DNA of 64,000 nt from Octopus sinensis (taxonomy: Eukaryota). A model generated the notes under the pieces. It was given only the letters and a program-made list of their open reading frames with translations, made no database searches and was not told where the DNA came from. A program made the position numbers and the translations under genes. The stretch covers positions 86,986,001 to 87,050,000 of the forward strand of contig NC_043003.1 in the NCBI RefSeq assembly GCF_006345805.1, read 5' to 3'. Shown one piece after another: positions 24,034 through 36,400 of this stretch (within the stretch, counting starts at the first letter, position 1; every line of letters starts with the position of its first letter).

Positions 24034-24385
24034 TACACGTGTATGCATATGTATATGTTCTGATATATAATTCTTGGTTCATGAGAACTCGTAATAAAAG
24101 TGCCAGTACACATCATACAGAGAGAGAGAGAGAGGAGAGAAAGAAAGAAAGAATATAGGTACGCACATATTGATGTATGTATATATGAACAGTCAATCTG
24201 CAAAAAGCAATATATGCTGCCTTCTTGTATACGTTTGGATGTCCGTTGTTTAATAAAATGATTGGCAGTTTTATGCAAGGAATTCAATATAGCCGAAAAT
24301 TTGTCCTAATGCTTAACGTGACAGGAAAAGAAAATCCTAATAGAAAAATAGAAATAATTTAGGGAAAGTCTTGCTTTCTATTTAT

Positions 24386-24535
24386 TTATCATCATCATTA
24401 TTGTTATTATTATTATTATCATTATTATTATTATATTATTATTATTATTATTATTATTATCATTATTATTATTGTTATTGTTATTATTGTTATTATGAAA
24501 AAATTTGAAATCATTATCATTATTATTATTATTAT
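24386..24535. repeat. (ATT/ATC/GTT)n trinucleotide microsatellite
   Basis: Direct reading. Confidence 0.9.
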
Positions 24536-24906
24536 AAATTAATTTAATCTTTAAAGAAAGCAATGTTTGATCATTTTCAGTACTGTAAAGTGAGAACAGA
24601 AATTGAATATGCCATACATTATAATAATGTAACTATTAACAGAAAGTTAGTTGACTGACTTTTACTTATTTGTGATAAATGAAACATTAGTTGATTGGTT
24701 TCGTAATTCATTGAATTTGGCAGTTTTTATTGTATACATGATAGTTCGTCACACGTGACTTCCCGACTTCGTGGTTTCCTGTTCAGTCCCACTGTGCAGC
24801 ACGTTGAACAAGTGTCTTCTATAATACCGAGGCGACTAAAATTTTGTGAATAAAATTGATTAGACGGAAATTGAAGGAAGCTCGTGTCGCTGTGGTAGTC
24901 GTAGTA

Positions 24907-24968
<62 letters not shown>

Positions 24969-25227
24969 CAAAATAAGCAACAAGAATATCTTCGGTAATT
25001 TGGTACGATCGTTTCAGGCTACATCATTTTATTAAACATTGTAAGTATTACAACAGTTTTGAAATGTTGAGCAATCATCGGCCATTTATAATTTAAATTA
25101 CCGAAGATATTCTTGTTGCTTAGTTTGATTATAATCACCCCATGGATTTATATGGATAACACCATACAAAATTCTGGTGCATCTAGCTTAAGTACCATAT
25201 TCATTTGAATCTAAATTTTGCTGAACT

Positions 25228-25289
<62 letters not shown>

Positions 25290-26175
25290 TTCAACTTTAC
25301 AGAAAATAAAACAATTCAGAGACAAGTGAGGAAATAACAAGCAGGTGTAATGATTCTACGCTGCATCTAAATGTAAATTTAGATGCAGCGTAAATATAAA
25401 ATCTACATACGTATCTGGAAGACTGGTAATATGCAAAAATGCTTCAAGAGGACACAGCTTTGATTGAAACCCAATCTACAATAAGTGGTGTGTGTGTGTG
25501 TGCAGCGGAGTATTTGTTTACATTTGTGGTCAACAAAAAGTAACGATCACCGAGCGGTGTTACTGCTACTTTTATCAACCAACAGTCTGCTCTCCTGGTG
25601 CTTTCAAAGATGAGTGAAGTAAGAGACTTTTTACTTGAAAAACGAGTAATGGTTAACGACAGGGAGAGTAAACGGCTGTAAAACGATGCCTCCGTTATAT
25701 ATTCGCCTAACCTATGCTAGCATTGGAAAACGGAAGTAAAGCGAACGAACGAAAAGTCAAATCTGGATTATCCGAGCATCAGCTATTCAAAAATAGGACT
25801 CAGACTAAGATTTCAAACACCCTTGAATGTATAATTACCCATAGTGAGTAATCCAAACACAAGAATATTACTGGTAATGTCACTACATATATGGTTGTGT
25901 TATACTGTTATGATTAATATGTTGAATGAAAAAATAGTAATAATAAACTGAGAGGAAAGGATTATCTTCGACATTATTATTAATAACATTAACCATCTAT
26001 ATGTACAATTTGTTATTTGGAAGTTATGTATGTAAATTGAGAAATAATGAAATTGCCGAAAGATAAGAGCTGAAAGATTTTATATAAATGTAGGATGTGG
26101 CCTTCGGACACAAGAATAATCGCTTGGAGAGAAAAGTAAGGAATGAGAATTATCATATTAAACGTGGGTCTAACG

Positions 26176-29023
26176 CAGTGTTTCCCAAACTTTTCGCGCT
26201 AAATTGCAATATCACCTACCTATCGGCCAAAAAATGCTCCATCGCCCACCTGTGTAAAAAAAACCTGACACAACCCCATCAACACAAAATCCCCTAGCCC
26301 CCACCCCGTATCATTTGACACACTCTATATCGTAGACTCGTTGCCCTGTTAGTGCCGTTTGTACTAAATATTCGGTTGTTTACAATCCCCTTATTGTGGG
26401 TTCAGTTTTGCCATTAGTGTCAAAATTCTAACGTTAGCTTTATATTGTATTATAAAGGAAAAGAACAAAGCTTTTTAATGAGAACTATGTGTCTGGTGCG
26501 ATGCAACTAGTGCAGATACATTCGGTTTCAAACCTGTTGACTTTAGCCGCAAGTCTCGTTGTATTACATCCAATTCAATTTTTTTGTGGGAAAATAAAGT
26601 TCCAGCATGGTTAAAACCAGATTCAACAAGATATGAGGTAGGGAAGGCAGGCAAAAGTAATTTCAGATGTTTCCACAGATTGGGGTAGGAATTTAATATA
26701 CTCTGATGGTACCACAAACCTTCTTTGCCATTATGGCGATATCGCATTGTTGCATCATTGTCATTTTGTAATTCTATCAATTTCTATTGAATATCATCCT
26801 CGCAATTGACTGCATCTACCTCAAATGGATTGCTATACCAATTTGGAATATTCAGCACAATAACATCTTGAAATCGCTCCACCATGTTATCGTGCAATGA
26901 TTGTAAATAGTTACGATATATATTTAAATCCTCATCAACTAATTCATCTTTCAAAGAATCAAGTTGTGGAAATTGATAAAATTGACGTTTTGAAATAGGC
27001 TTATACAACACCAATATCGAAATGAAGGTTGTGATAAATGATTTACAATCAACGAGAGTTTTTATGTTTACTTGCAACAACTTATTCAAATCATTTAATT
27101 TTGTGAATATCATAAAGAAAAAAAGATATTGCATCTTGCAGCCATCAATGAAGCGGATAGTGGAGTATCTTCAAAGAAAGATATGATAACATGAAACAGT
27201 TCAACAAAGCGTAAAATACAGTTTCCTTTTGACAGACACCGCACTTCGGTAGGATATAAGAGTTTAGTATGGTCCTCATCATTTCTTAGACAGAGTTGAC
27301 GGAAAATTCGATCAGACAAGGGACTGGACTTCAATTTGTTCGCAGTTTTGATAACTAACTGTAGTGCACCATTCAACTTACCGTTCATATTTTTTGCCAC
27401 TAAATGCTGCCAGTGTGCCAAGCAATGAACAGTTAGTATCTGGTGGGAAATTTCACGCTATACGAAAGATGAAAAACCTCTGTATCTTCCTATCATTGAA
27501 GGGGCTCCATCAGATGCACAGGCAAGAAAATTATTGAGTGGGATATTATGTTCAAAAAGGAAAGATTTCGGAGTGTGAAAAATAGTTGCACCTCTTGAAT
27601 CAGACGGCAATTTCTCTGTGAACAGCATTTCCTCACAAGGTTGAAGGTCTTCGCTGAAATACTGGACATATACCATCATCAAACATTGATTGTCCACAAC
27701 AGTTGTCTCATCCACTTGTATAGAAAATTCAGAACGCTGGAGAATATTAATGAGCTGATGTTTGACATCGTTGGTCATTTCATCGATGCTTCGAGAAATT
27801 GTGGGATCTTCATAACGTTATCGAGTTTTTCATGCATAACGAATGACAAAACCTCTTCGATGACTGAATGAAGAAATGTTTTTCCAATTGTGTGAAACTT
27901 CCCAGACTTAGCAACAAGCAATGCAATGTTGTACAATGCAATCAATCCGTCAGTTCCCTGTTTACTAGTTTCCTGGAGTAGCGAGTTGAATGTTTGTATT
28001 TACTTTTTGAAAGAGGAGCCCAGTTGCAAAAAGTATGATAATGGCCTGTCCTTCTTGTCAGAATACTTTGCATCAAAGTGATAGGTTTCATTGATTCGTT
28101 GGTCAATATTTGTTGCAAAGAAGGCACCTTGGTAACTGACAGTTCTGCGGAGAGGGAATAAATCCAAATGATAAATAATCACTACTGTACTGTCGACAAA
28201 TTTTCTTAACGGGAACCATCAGTAAAGTGAAAATGCGTAAACGAATTTCTACAGATGGCGCCAGAAAGGCAGTATGGTATTCCCAAAGAGAAGTCAACAG
28301 AGCAGAGTCAGATGACACGTCCTTACTAGAACAAATACAGATCTAGTTCGTTTGACTGCCAGCATTTCAAAATTTAAAGTTTATCGAAAATTTTAGAATT
28401 TGGCACATTAACGTACCTTTCCAAGCTAAATTGCTGGAGTTATTCAACTTTTTCCAGAAAAATCTTTTAAAAGGGTTATAGAGATTTAAAGTTTGATCAT
28501 TTTCACCCAATCAAGAAATACGATTTCAAAGCTGTCATTTTGTGCGTGACTGCACATTTTGTCAACATCCTGAAAATAGCACTTGTGTTTTGATATGAAA
28601 CCACAGAATTACGCACGACATATAACCCCTTATACCTTTTTTTTTCTGAGTTTTCAGGAAATTTTTGCGAATTTGAATTCTACACACGAGACTTCATACT
28701 ATTATGCCAAAATAAAAAAAAATGAAGTGTGAGCCTAGGCCTATTTGGCAACTATTTTTAGCACGCATGACAACCATCTCAATGACTGCGACAAAAATAT
28801 GCACTCGATAAATAAGTCCGCGTTTTTAATACAAAGGGACGCAAAAGTGCAGCCTTATTCTAGGCCTGCCTAGATATCAGTAAATGCAGACTTAATTTCT
28901 AAACATTCATTGTCACTCACAAAATGTTCATATCGCCCGCTAAAATCTCAAATCACCCACCATTTTCTAGAAATTCGCTCATCGCCCACCTGTAAGTTGA
29001 AATCACCCACTTGGGAAGCTATG
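26176..29023 (-). mobile_element. Decayed hAT transposon, Buster/Charlie (SCAND3/ZBED5-like) family
   Basis: TIRs CAGTGTTTCCCAA / TTGGGAAGCTATG. 8-bp nnnTAnnn TSD GTCTAACG / GGCTAAAG. Subterminal ATCRCCCAC repeats at both ends. Confidence 0.85.
26475..28318 (-). pseudogene. hAT transposase, multiply frameshifted
   Basis: RQYSSDYLSFGF...CLLC (BED finger region), FSIQVDETT, ACASDGAPSMIG, HWQHL, TEVRCLSKG and FPTSYLVESGF. Confidence 0.85.
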
Positions 29024-29500
29024 GGCTAAAGACACATCGCCTTTGGCTGCCATAAAAAGCTGAACTCCGGTTTGTTTATATAAGCTCGCCAAAAAGTTCT
29101 AGAATATTCCATGTGTCGTTTAGACAGGAAAATTAAACTTTCTTTTTTTGTTTAATAACATACGTCAAAAGTTGGCTGGAAAAAATAGCAAGAATTCATG
29201 ATATAACTAAAATTGACTCCGGTCAGAATTACCAATGTCATAATATACATCAGACTAAGGTGGCAAGCTGACAGAATCGCTAGCACGCCGGGTAAAATGC
29301 TCGGTAGCATTTTGCCCGTCTTTACATTCTGAGTTCAAATTCCGCCGAGGTCCACTTTGCCTTTCATCTTTTCAAGGTCGATAAAATAAGTACTAGTTGA
29401 ACACTAGCGTCGATGTAATTGACTTAGCCCCTCCCCCAAACCTGTTGGTTTCCGTTCGACTGTCGATTCGCTTTCTTGCCACTAACATAACAGAAGACAG

Positions 29501-30890
29501 CGCTAAGGTTTCTTAGCTTTTAAATCGTTCTATATAATCCTTTTTATGGTTTAAAGTTATTTAAGCAAATGTTTAGAGTGACAGAGTGAGATCAAAGCAG
29601 CAAACCAATCGATATGTGAAATTTGAAACCAGGATTATTCACCAGAATTTCGAACATGTTTCCAAGGTCGAATTCATGGAAGGCTCCACTATATGTGCTT
29701 TGATTAGAAGTGTTACCAATATAGGGGCAATAATCACGTCTTTTGTTTGCTGCTTTAACCTCACCCTGTCTTTTCCTTACTGTATTTATTTTGAGATGCT
29801 CTGTGTTTCTTTCAATTACTTTAAATATAACAAAGAATTTATCAAAATAACTTAGTTATCATTAAGCTAGTGTTAGGAACATAAATTGTGACTAAGCTTT
29901 GGTGGAAGATTTTAATTCAAAACTTATGAAAACAAGACATTTGTACTCAAAGCCAGAGCCGGTTTCAGCCGGGTTGGTAACGAAAGGGTTAAACATTTGC
30001 TTAAATAATTTAAAACCATAAAACCGATTATACAGAATGATAAGAAAAACCAGCGCTATCTTATTTCATTCTAAGTACGACTTCGTTCCGCTAACGACTT
30101 TACTGTTTGCTTGTCAGTGAAGAAAGCGAAAAGACAGTCGAAGTGAAAAGTAACATGTTGCAGCTTCTGAATAGTAGTGAAAGAGACCGTAGATTGCAAA
30201 GTATATTTTATCGACTGGATGACATAAAACTCTGCAAACATGGCTGCTTTTATGTAATTATATTCAGTGAGGCTTCCTTTGTTTGTAACGAGAAAACTTA
30301 TTCGAAGAACAAACTCGTTGGGATAAGCGAGGTTTAACTTGTATATAAATAGTATATTGGTAACTATTCCACATTCACTTTGAAGAACAATATATTCTAT
30401 ACAATTTAATACAGTCATTTGTAATCGAAGGCAAAATTCAATATTCCAGTTAAAAATAAAACGTATGCACATATACTAAATACATATAAAGGAAAGAGCT
30501 AATGCGGGAGCTTCTGTGGTCGCTCGATCTACTTGCGAAGGCAACTTAACAACATCTGATTATATTATGTTTCATGAACAGGATATAAGCTTGGATAATG
30601 TAGTCCCAGATAAAAGAACCGGATATATATAATATATATAGATAGATATTATATATGCTATATATATAGATATTATTATTGCCCCTATATTGGTAACACT
30701 TCTAATCAAAGCACATATAGTGGAGCCTTCCATGAATTCGACCTTGGAAACATGTTCGAAATTCTGGTGAATAATCCTGGTTTTAAATTTCTGCTTTGAT
30801 CTCACTCTGTCACTCTAAACATTTGCTTAAATAACTTTAAACCATAAAAAGGATTATATAGAACGATTTAAAAGCTAAGAAACCTTAGCG
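29501..30890. repeat. Long inverted repeat (arms 29501-29734 and 30675-30890) around ~0.9 kb
   Basis: Arms are near-identical reverse complements apart from a ~20-bp indel. Confidence 0.85.
29759..29988. mobile_element. piggyBac-like MITE
   Basis: TTAA on both sides (29755-29758 and 29989-29992). Right end GTAACGAAAGGG; left end degenerate. Confidence 0.55.
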
Positions 30891-31164
30891 GTCACTTAGC
30901 GGTTCGGCAAAAGAGACCGATAGAATAAGTACTGGGCTTCCAAAGAATAAGTCCCGGGGTCGAGTTGCTCGACTAATGTCGGTGCTCCAGCATGGCCGCA
31001 GTCGAATGACTGAAACAAGTAAAAGAGTAAAAAGAGAGTTTATATAGATATAGATATAGAAGTAACAGAGTGACTCAAGAGTTTCATGCGTTGGCACTTA
31101 CCAAGCTAAAAATATACATATACTCATTCTGAGTTCTATTTTCCTGTTTGCATCACCATACTTA

Positions 31165-31224
31165 TACATACATACATACATACATACATAAATACATACA
31201 TACATACATACATACATACATACA

Positions 31225-31255
<31 letters not shown>
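31165..31255. repeat. (CATA)n microsatellite
   Basis: Direct reading. Confidence 0.9.
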
Positions 31256-31256
<1 letters not shown>

Positions 31257-31689
31257 GAGTACTATTGGATTACTTGAATTCATATACTGTGACTAAAATC
31301 TACACACACACACACTGAGAGATTAAAGGAGATAGATATGTAACAGAGTTTGAAGTAAGTCAGAAAATATTCCTAAACAAGGACTCTATAGGGTGTTAAA
31401 AAAGAAGAAAGCAAAAAATAAAAAATAAATAAGCAAAGGAGAGTGATCATTGTATATTGATACCTAAATTATGCAATGCTGATAAGATTTAATACAATTG
31501 AAACATGTCCATAGTTTTCACTTTGGTTTTAAAAACCTGATCTACTGCGATTTGTACCTTAGTCAAGTCTGTTAACATGTTTGTGCGAGGAATTGCTGGG
31601 AATCCATGAAAGAAACGAGCTCAAACTATTACTGAGCTTAAACTCAGTTCACCTATGTTCGATGTTATAGTTTCCTCATTTATATCGGA

Positions 31690-31991
31690 CTAGCAGTATC
31701 GCCCGGCGTTGCTCGGGTTTGTAAGGGAAATAACTATATAAGCATTTTTAGAGAGTTACTTCCCTTATATAAACCGAGCAAAAAATGGATTAAAATGCGG
31801 AAAAATAATGGTAAATTTTTTTTTAATCGTAGACTCATCGTAGACGCGCGCTAATACCCAGAAGGGCTCGATATGAATCACGACTATAAGATACCCGCTT
31901 TTGGTTAAACTGCACCGCAAAATGTGAGAGTAGTTAGGAATCTAAATCGGAGTAGACACACACACACACAATTCAGTTTTATATATAAAGA
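31690..31991 (-). mobile_element. Non-autonomous Helitron
   Basis: On the minus strand: A|TC start, 3' hairpin CCCGAGCAACGCCGGG, CTAG|T end. Homologous to 56891-57398. Confidence 0.85.
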
Positions 31992-32307
31992 TGTAATCGA
32001 TGGTTGTGTCTCTCATATGTGAGGACATTTGGTCAAAGAACTCACCTGACTTGTTCATCTGCCTGTTGTAGCTCTGCAGGGAAATGAAAACATTCAGTAT
32101 TTTCACATATCCTTGTGTGGATGGGCTTGCCTAATTCCTAGAAACAATTACGCTGTGATGCACTGTGGTTGATGCTTTAGCTAATTTGTAGAAAACTTTA
32201 GCTTGCTATTATATTTTCAATAGCCCTAATTTCTCAATCGGTTGCTTCCCTTCCAAGGCGGTGTTTGATTTTGTTCTTAATTTCTAGGAGTGTTTATATT
32301 AAGCAGT

Positions 32308-32690
32308 GGAGGCGCAATGGCCCAGTGGTTAGGGCAGCGGACTCGCGGTCATAGGATCGCGGTTTCGATTCCCAGACCGGGCGTTGTGAGTGTTTATTGA
32401 GCGAAAACACCTAAAGCTCCACGAGGCTCCGGCAGGGGATGGTGGTGATCCCTGCTGTACTCTTTCACCACAACTTTCTCTCACTTTTACTTCCTGTTTC
32501 TGTTGTACCTGTATTTCAAAGGGCCGGCCTTGTCACTCTCTGTGTCACGCTGAATATCCCCGAGAACTACGTTAAGAGTACACGTGTCTGTGGAGTACTC
32601 AGCCACTTACACGTTAATTTCACGAGCAGGCTGTTCCGTTGATTCGGATCAACTGGAATTCTCGTCGTCGTAACCGACGGAGTGCTTCCA
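32308..32690 (+). mobile_element. tRNA-derived SINE family D, full length
   Basis: A box TGGCCCAGTGG, B box GGTTTCGATTCCC, and 11-bp TSD TATATTAAGCA (32295-32305, 32691-32701). Near-identical reverse copy at 61898-62277. Confidence 0.9.
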
Positions 32691-33497
32691 TATATTAAGC
32701 AACGAAGGCGAAAAGCTCAGTGGCTAGAGCATCGGACTCACAATCATGAGGTAATGAGTTCGATTTCCAGACCGGGCTGTGTTTTATTCTTGAGCAAGAC
32801 ACTTTATTTCCCGTTACTACAGTTCACTCAGCTATAGAAATGAGCTGCGACGTCACTGGTGCCAAGCTGTATCAGCCTCCGCCTTTTCTTTGGATAACGT
32901 TGGTGGCATGGAGAGGGAGGCTGGTATGCATGGATGACTGCTGGTCTTCCTTAACCTTGCCCAGACCTTTAAAACCGAAAATTATCCAAAAAATTTACAA
33001 ATGGAAATTTTAATTAACTTCCATTCAGTTTTAAAAGTTGGTGGGTTTTTTTATTGCCGGCGAAGGATTGCGGCTGCGCAGTAGATTTTGAAAAAGTTAG
33101 GACGTATAGGGCAAGTAGTTTTGATCATCCCGTGTGTATACGTTTAACCCTAGGTAGTCCTGCTGAAGAAGATTGCACTTAGCGAGTTCCTTGACTTGCT
33201 AAACTAAAATCAGAACCCAATTGGTCCAAGAAACTAGATGGTAAAATGTTTTTCATTTTTCAATTCGTTCCTGTCGAATTTTATCTCTAATATTTGTGGT
33301 TATAGAACCTAGCTGTTCTTTCTAGCATGTCGAATTCCTATAAGTGGATTCCTTATGTGTTTAAATATACACTATATTGTATGACCAATATATAGTCTTT
33401 TTGACTAACATTTTTTACACGTTAGACCACTGGAAATGTAAATTTTAATTAATTTCCATTTCCCTTTGATATGAGTATATATATATATATATATATA

Positions 33498-36400
33498 TAA
33501 TTTCAACAATTGAGGGTAAAATTAATTAATTAATCAATTTCACCAAGTATTCAGTATGCAAAGGGACCATTTAAGGCGAATTCAAATTATTACATTATAT
33601 AAAAGGGCTTAGTAAAATAAATTACTTTGCCGCATACTGAACTCATTAGAAATAGCAGCCAAAAAAAACTTTTTTAAAACTATTTCTAATACTTAAAGAA
33701 AACCTCTCTCATATAGTGTTTGCTCAATTGAACTCACGAAAGTATGGGGGTAAAGACATTAAAAAATCAGATGCAAAGGTTATTTGAGAACGTACGTTTC
33801 AAGATTAGTCAACTCGACACTTCTATCATCAGCTCAGAACTCCTTGGTTTGGATTTGAAAACACTGAAAGTGGGAGCATACCCTTTCGGCTTCTTATCGC
33901 TTCTGAAGATCTGCTCGAAACTAACAGTGCCATCAAACTCAAATATGCAAGCGAAGAATTTCTGCTCTCCCCTTTCCACCAGCGTGGGTTAAAATCAGTA
34001 ACACTATGCTTTTTTCGGTAAAATCCGAGGCATTAAATAGAGAGAGATGAATTATAATTTCAACAATTGAGGGTAAAATTAATTAATTAATCAATTTCAC
34101 CAAGTATTCAGTATGCAAAGGGACCATTTAAGGCGAATTCAAATTATTACATTATATAAAAGGTCTTAGTAAAATAAATTACTTTGCCGCATACTGAACT
34201 CATTAGAAATAGCAGCCAAAAAAAACTTTTTTAAAACTATTTCTAATACTTAAAGAAAACCTCTCTCATATAGTGTTTGCTCAATTCAACTCACGAAAGT
34301 ATGGGGGTAAAGACATTAAAAAATCAGATGCAAAGGTTATTTGAGAACGTACGTTTCAAGATTAGTCAACTCGACACTTCTATCATCAGCTCAGAACTCC
34401 TTGGTTTGGATTTAAAAACACTGAAAGTGGGAGCATACCCCTTCGGCTTCTTATCGCTTCTGAAGATCTGCTCGAAACTAACAGTGCCATCAAACTCAAA
34501 TATGCAAGCGAAGAATTTCTGCTCTCCCCTTTCCACCAGCGTGGGTTAAAATCAGTAAACACTATGCTTTTTTCGGTAAAATCCGAGGCATTAAATAGAG
34601 AGAGATGAATTATAATTTCAACAATTGAGGGTAAAATTAATTAATTAATCAATTTCACCAAGTATTCAGTATGCAAAGGGACCATTTAAGGCGAATTCAA
34701 ATTATTACATTATATAAAAGGGCTTAGTAAAATAAATTACTTTGCCGCATACTGAACTCATTAGAAATAGCAGCCAAAAAAAACTTTTTTAAAACTATTT
34801 CTAATACTTAAAGAAAACCTCTCTCATATAGTGTTTGCTCAATTCAACTCACGAAAGTATGGGGGTAAAGACATTAAAAAATCAGATGCAAAGGTTATTT
34901 GAGAACGTACGTTTCAAGATTAGTCAACTCGACACTTCTATCATCAGCTCAGAACTCCTTGGTTGGATTTGAAAACACTGAAAGTGGGAGCATACCCTTT
35001 CGGCTTCTTATCGCTTCTGAAGATCTGCTCGAAACTAACAGTGCCATCAAACTCAAATATGCAAGCGAAGAATTTTGCTCTCCCCTTTCCACCAGCGTGG
35101 GTTAAAATCAGTAAACACTATGCTTTTTTCGGTAAAATCCGAGGCATTAAATAGAGAGAGATGAATTATAATTTCAACAATTGAGGGTAAAATTAATTAA
35201 TTAATCAATTTCACCAAGTATTCAGTATGCAAAGGGACCATTTAAGGCGAATTCAAATTATTACATTATATAAAAGGGCTTAGTAAAATAAATTACTTTG
35301 CCGCATACTGAACTCATTAGAAATAGCAGCCAAAAAAAACTTTTTTAAAACTATTTCTAATACTTAAAGAAAACCTCTCTCACATAGTGTTTGCTCAATT
35401 CAACTCACGAAAGTATGGGGGTAAAGACATTAAAAAATCAGATGCAAAGGTTATTTGAGAACGTACGTTTCAAGATTAGTCAACTCGACACTTCTATCAT
35501 CAGCTCAGAACTCCTTGGTTTGGATTTAAAAACACTGAAAGTGGGAGCATACCCCTTCGGCTTCTTATCGCTTCTGAAGATCTGCTCGAAACTAACAGTG
35601 CCATCAAACTCAAATATGCAAGCGAAGAATTTCTGCTCTCCCCTTTCCACCAGCGTGGGTTAAAATCAGTAAACACTATGCTTTTTTCGGTAAAATCCGA
35701 GGCATTAAATAGAGAGAGATGAATTATAATTTCAACAATTGAGGGTAAAATTAATTAATTAATCAATTTCACCAAGTATTCAGTATGCAAAGGGACCATT
35801 TAAGGCGAATTCAAATTATTACATTATATAAAAGGGCTTAGTAAAATAAATTACTTTGCCGCATACTGAACTCATTAGAAATAGCAGCCAAAAAAAACTT
35901 TTTTAAAACTATTTCTAATACTTAAAGAAAACCTCTCTCATATAGTGTTTGCTCAATTCAACTCACGAAAGTATGGGGGTAAAGACATTAAAAAATCAGA
36001 TGCAAAGGTTATTTGAGAACGTACGTTTCAAGATTAGTCAACTCGACACTTCTATCATCAGCTCAGAACTCCTTGGTTTGGATTTGAAAACACTGAAAGT
36101 GGGAGCATACCCTTTCGGCTTCTTATCGCTTCTGAAGATCTGCTCGAAACTAACAGTGCCATCAAACTCAAATATGCAAGCGAAGAATTTCTGCTCTCCC
36201 CTTTCCACCAGCGTGGGTTAAAATCAGTAAACACTATGCTTTTTTCGGTAAAATCCGAGGCATTAAATAGAGAGAGATGAATTATAATTTCAACAATTGA
36301 GGGTAAAATTAATTAATTAATCAATTTCACCAAGTATTCAGTATGCAAAGGGACCATTTAAGGCGAATTCAAATTATTACATTATATAAAAGGGCTTAGT

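Noticed and set aside
25003-25030. Functional hammerhead on the minus strand
   Set aside because: Left core reads ATGATGT, and stems I and II are absent. At best a fossil.
33903-33925. Second hammerhead-like string CTGAAGA-TCTGCTC-GAAAC on the plus strand of the monomer
   Set aside because: No stem I, II or III pairing could be drawn.
33744-33992. 82-90-aa ORF repeated in each 557-bp monomer
   Set aside because: No recognisable motif, usually needs a non-ATG or weak start, and is frameshifted in several copies. It is antisense to the ribozyme motif, so probably incidental.
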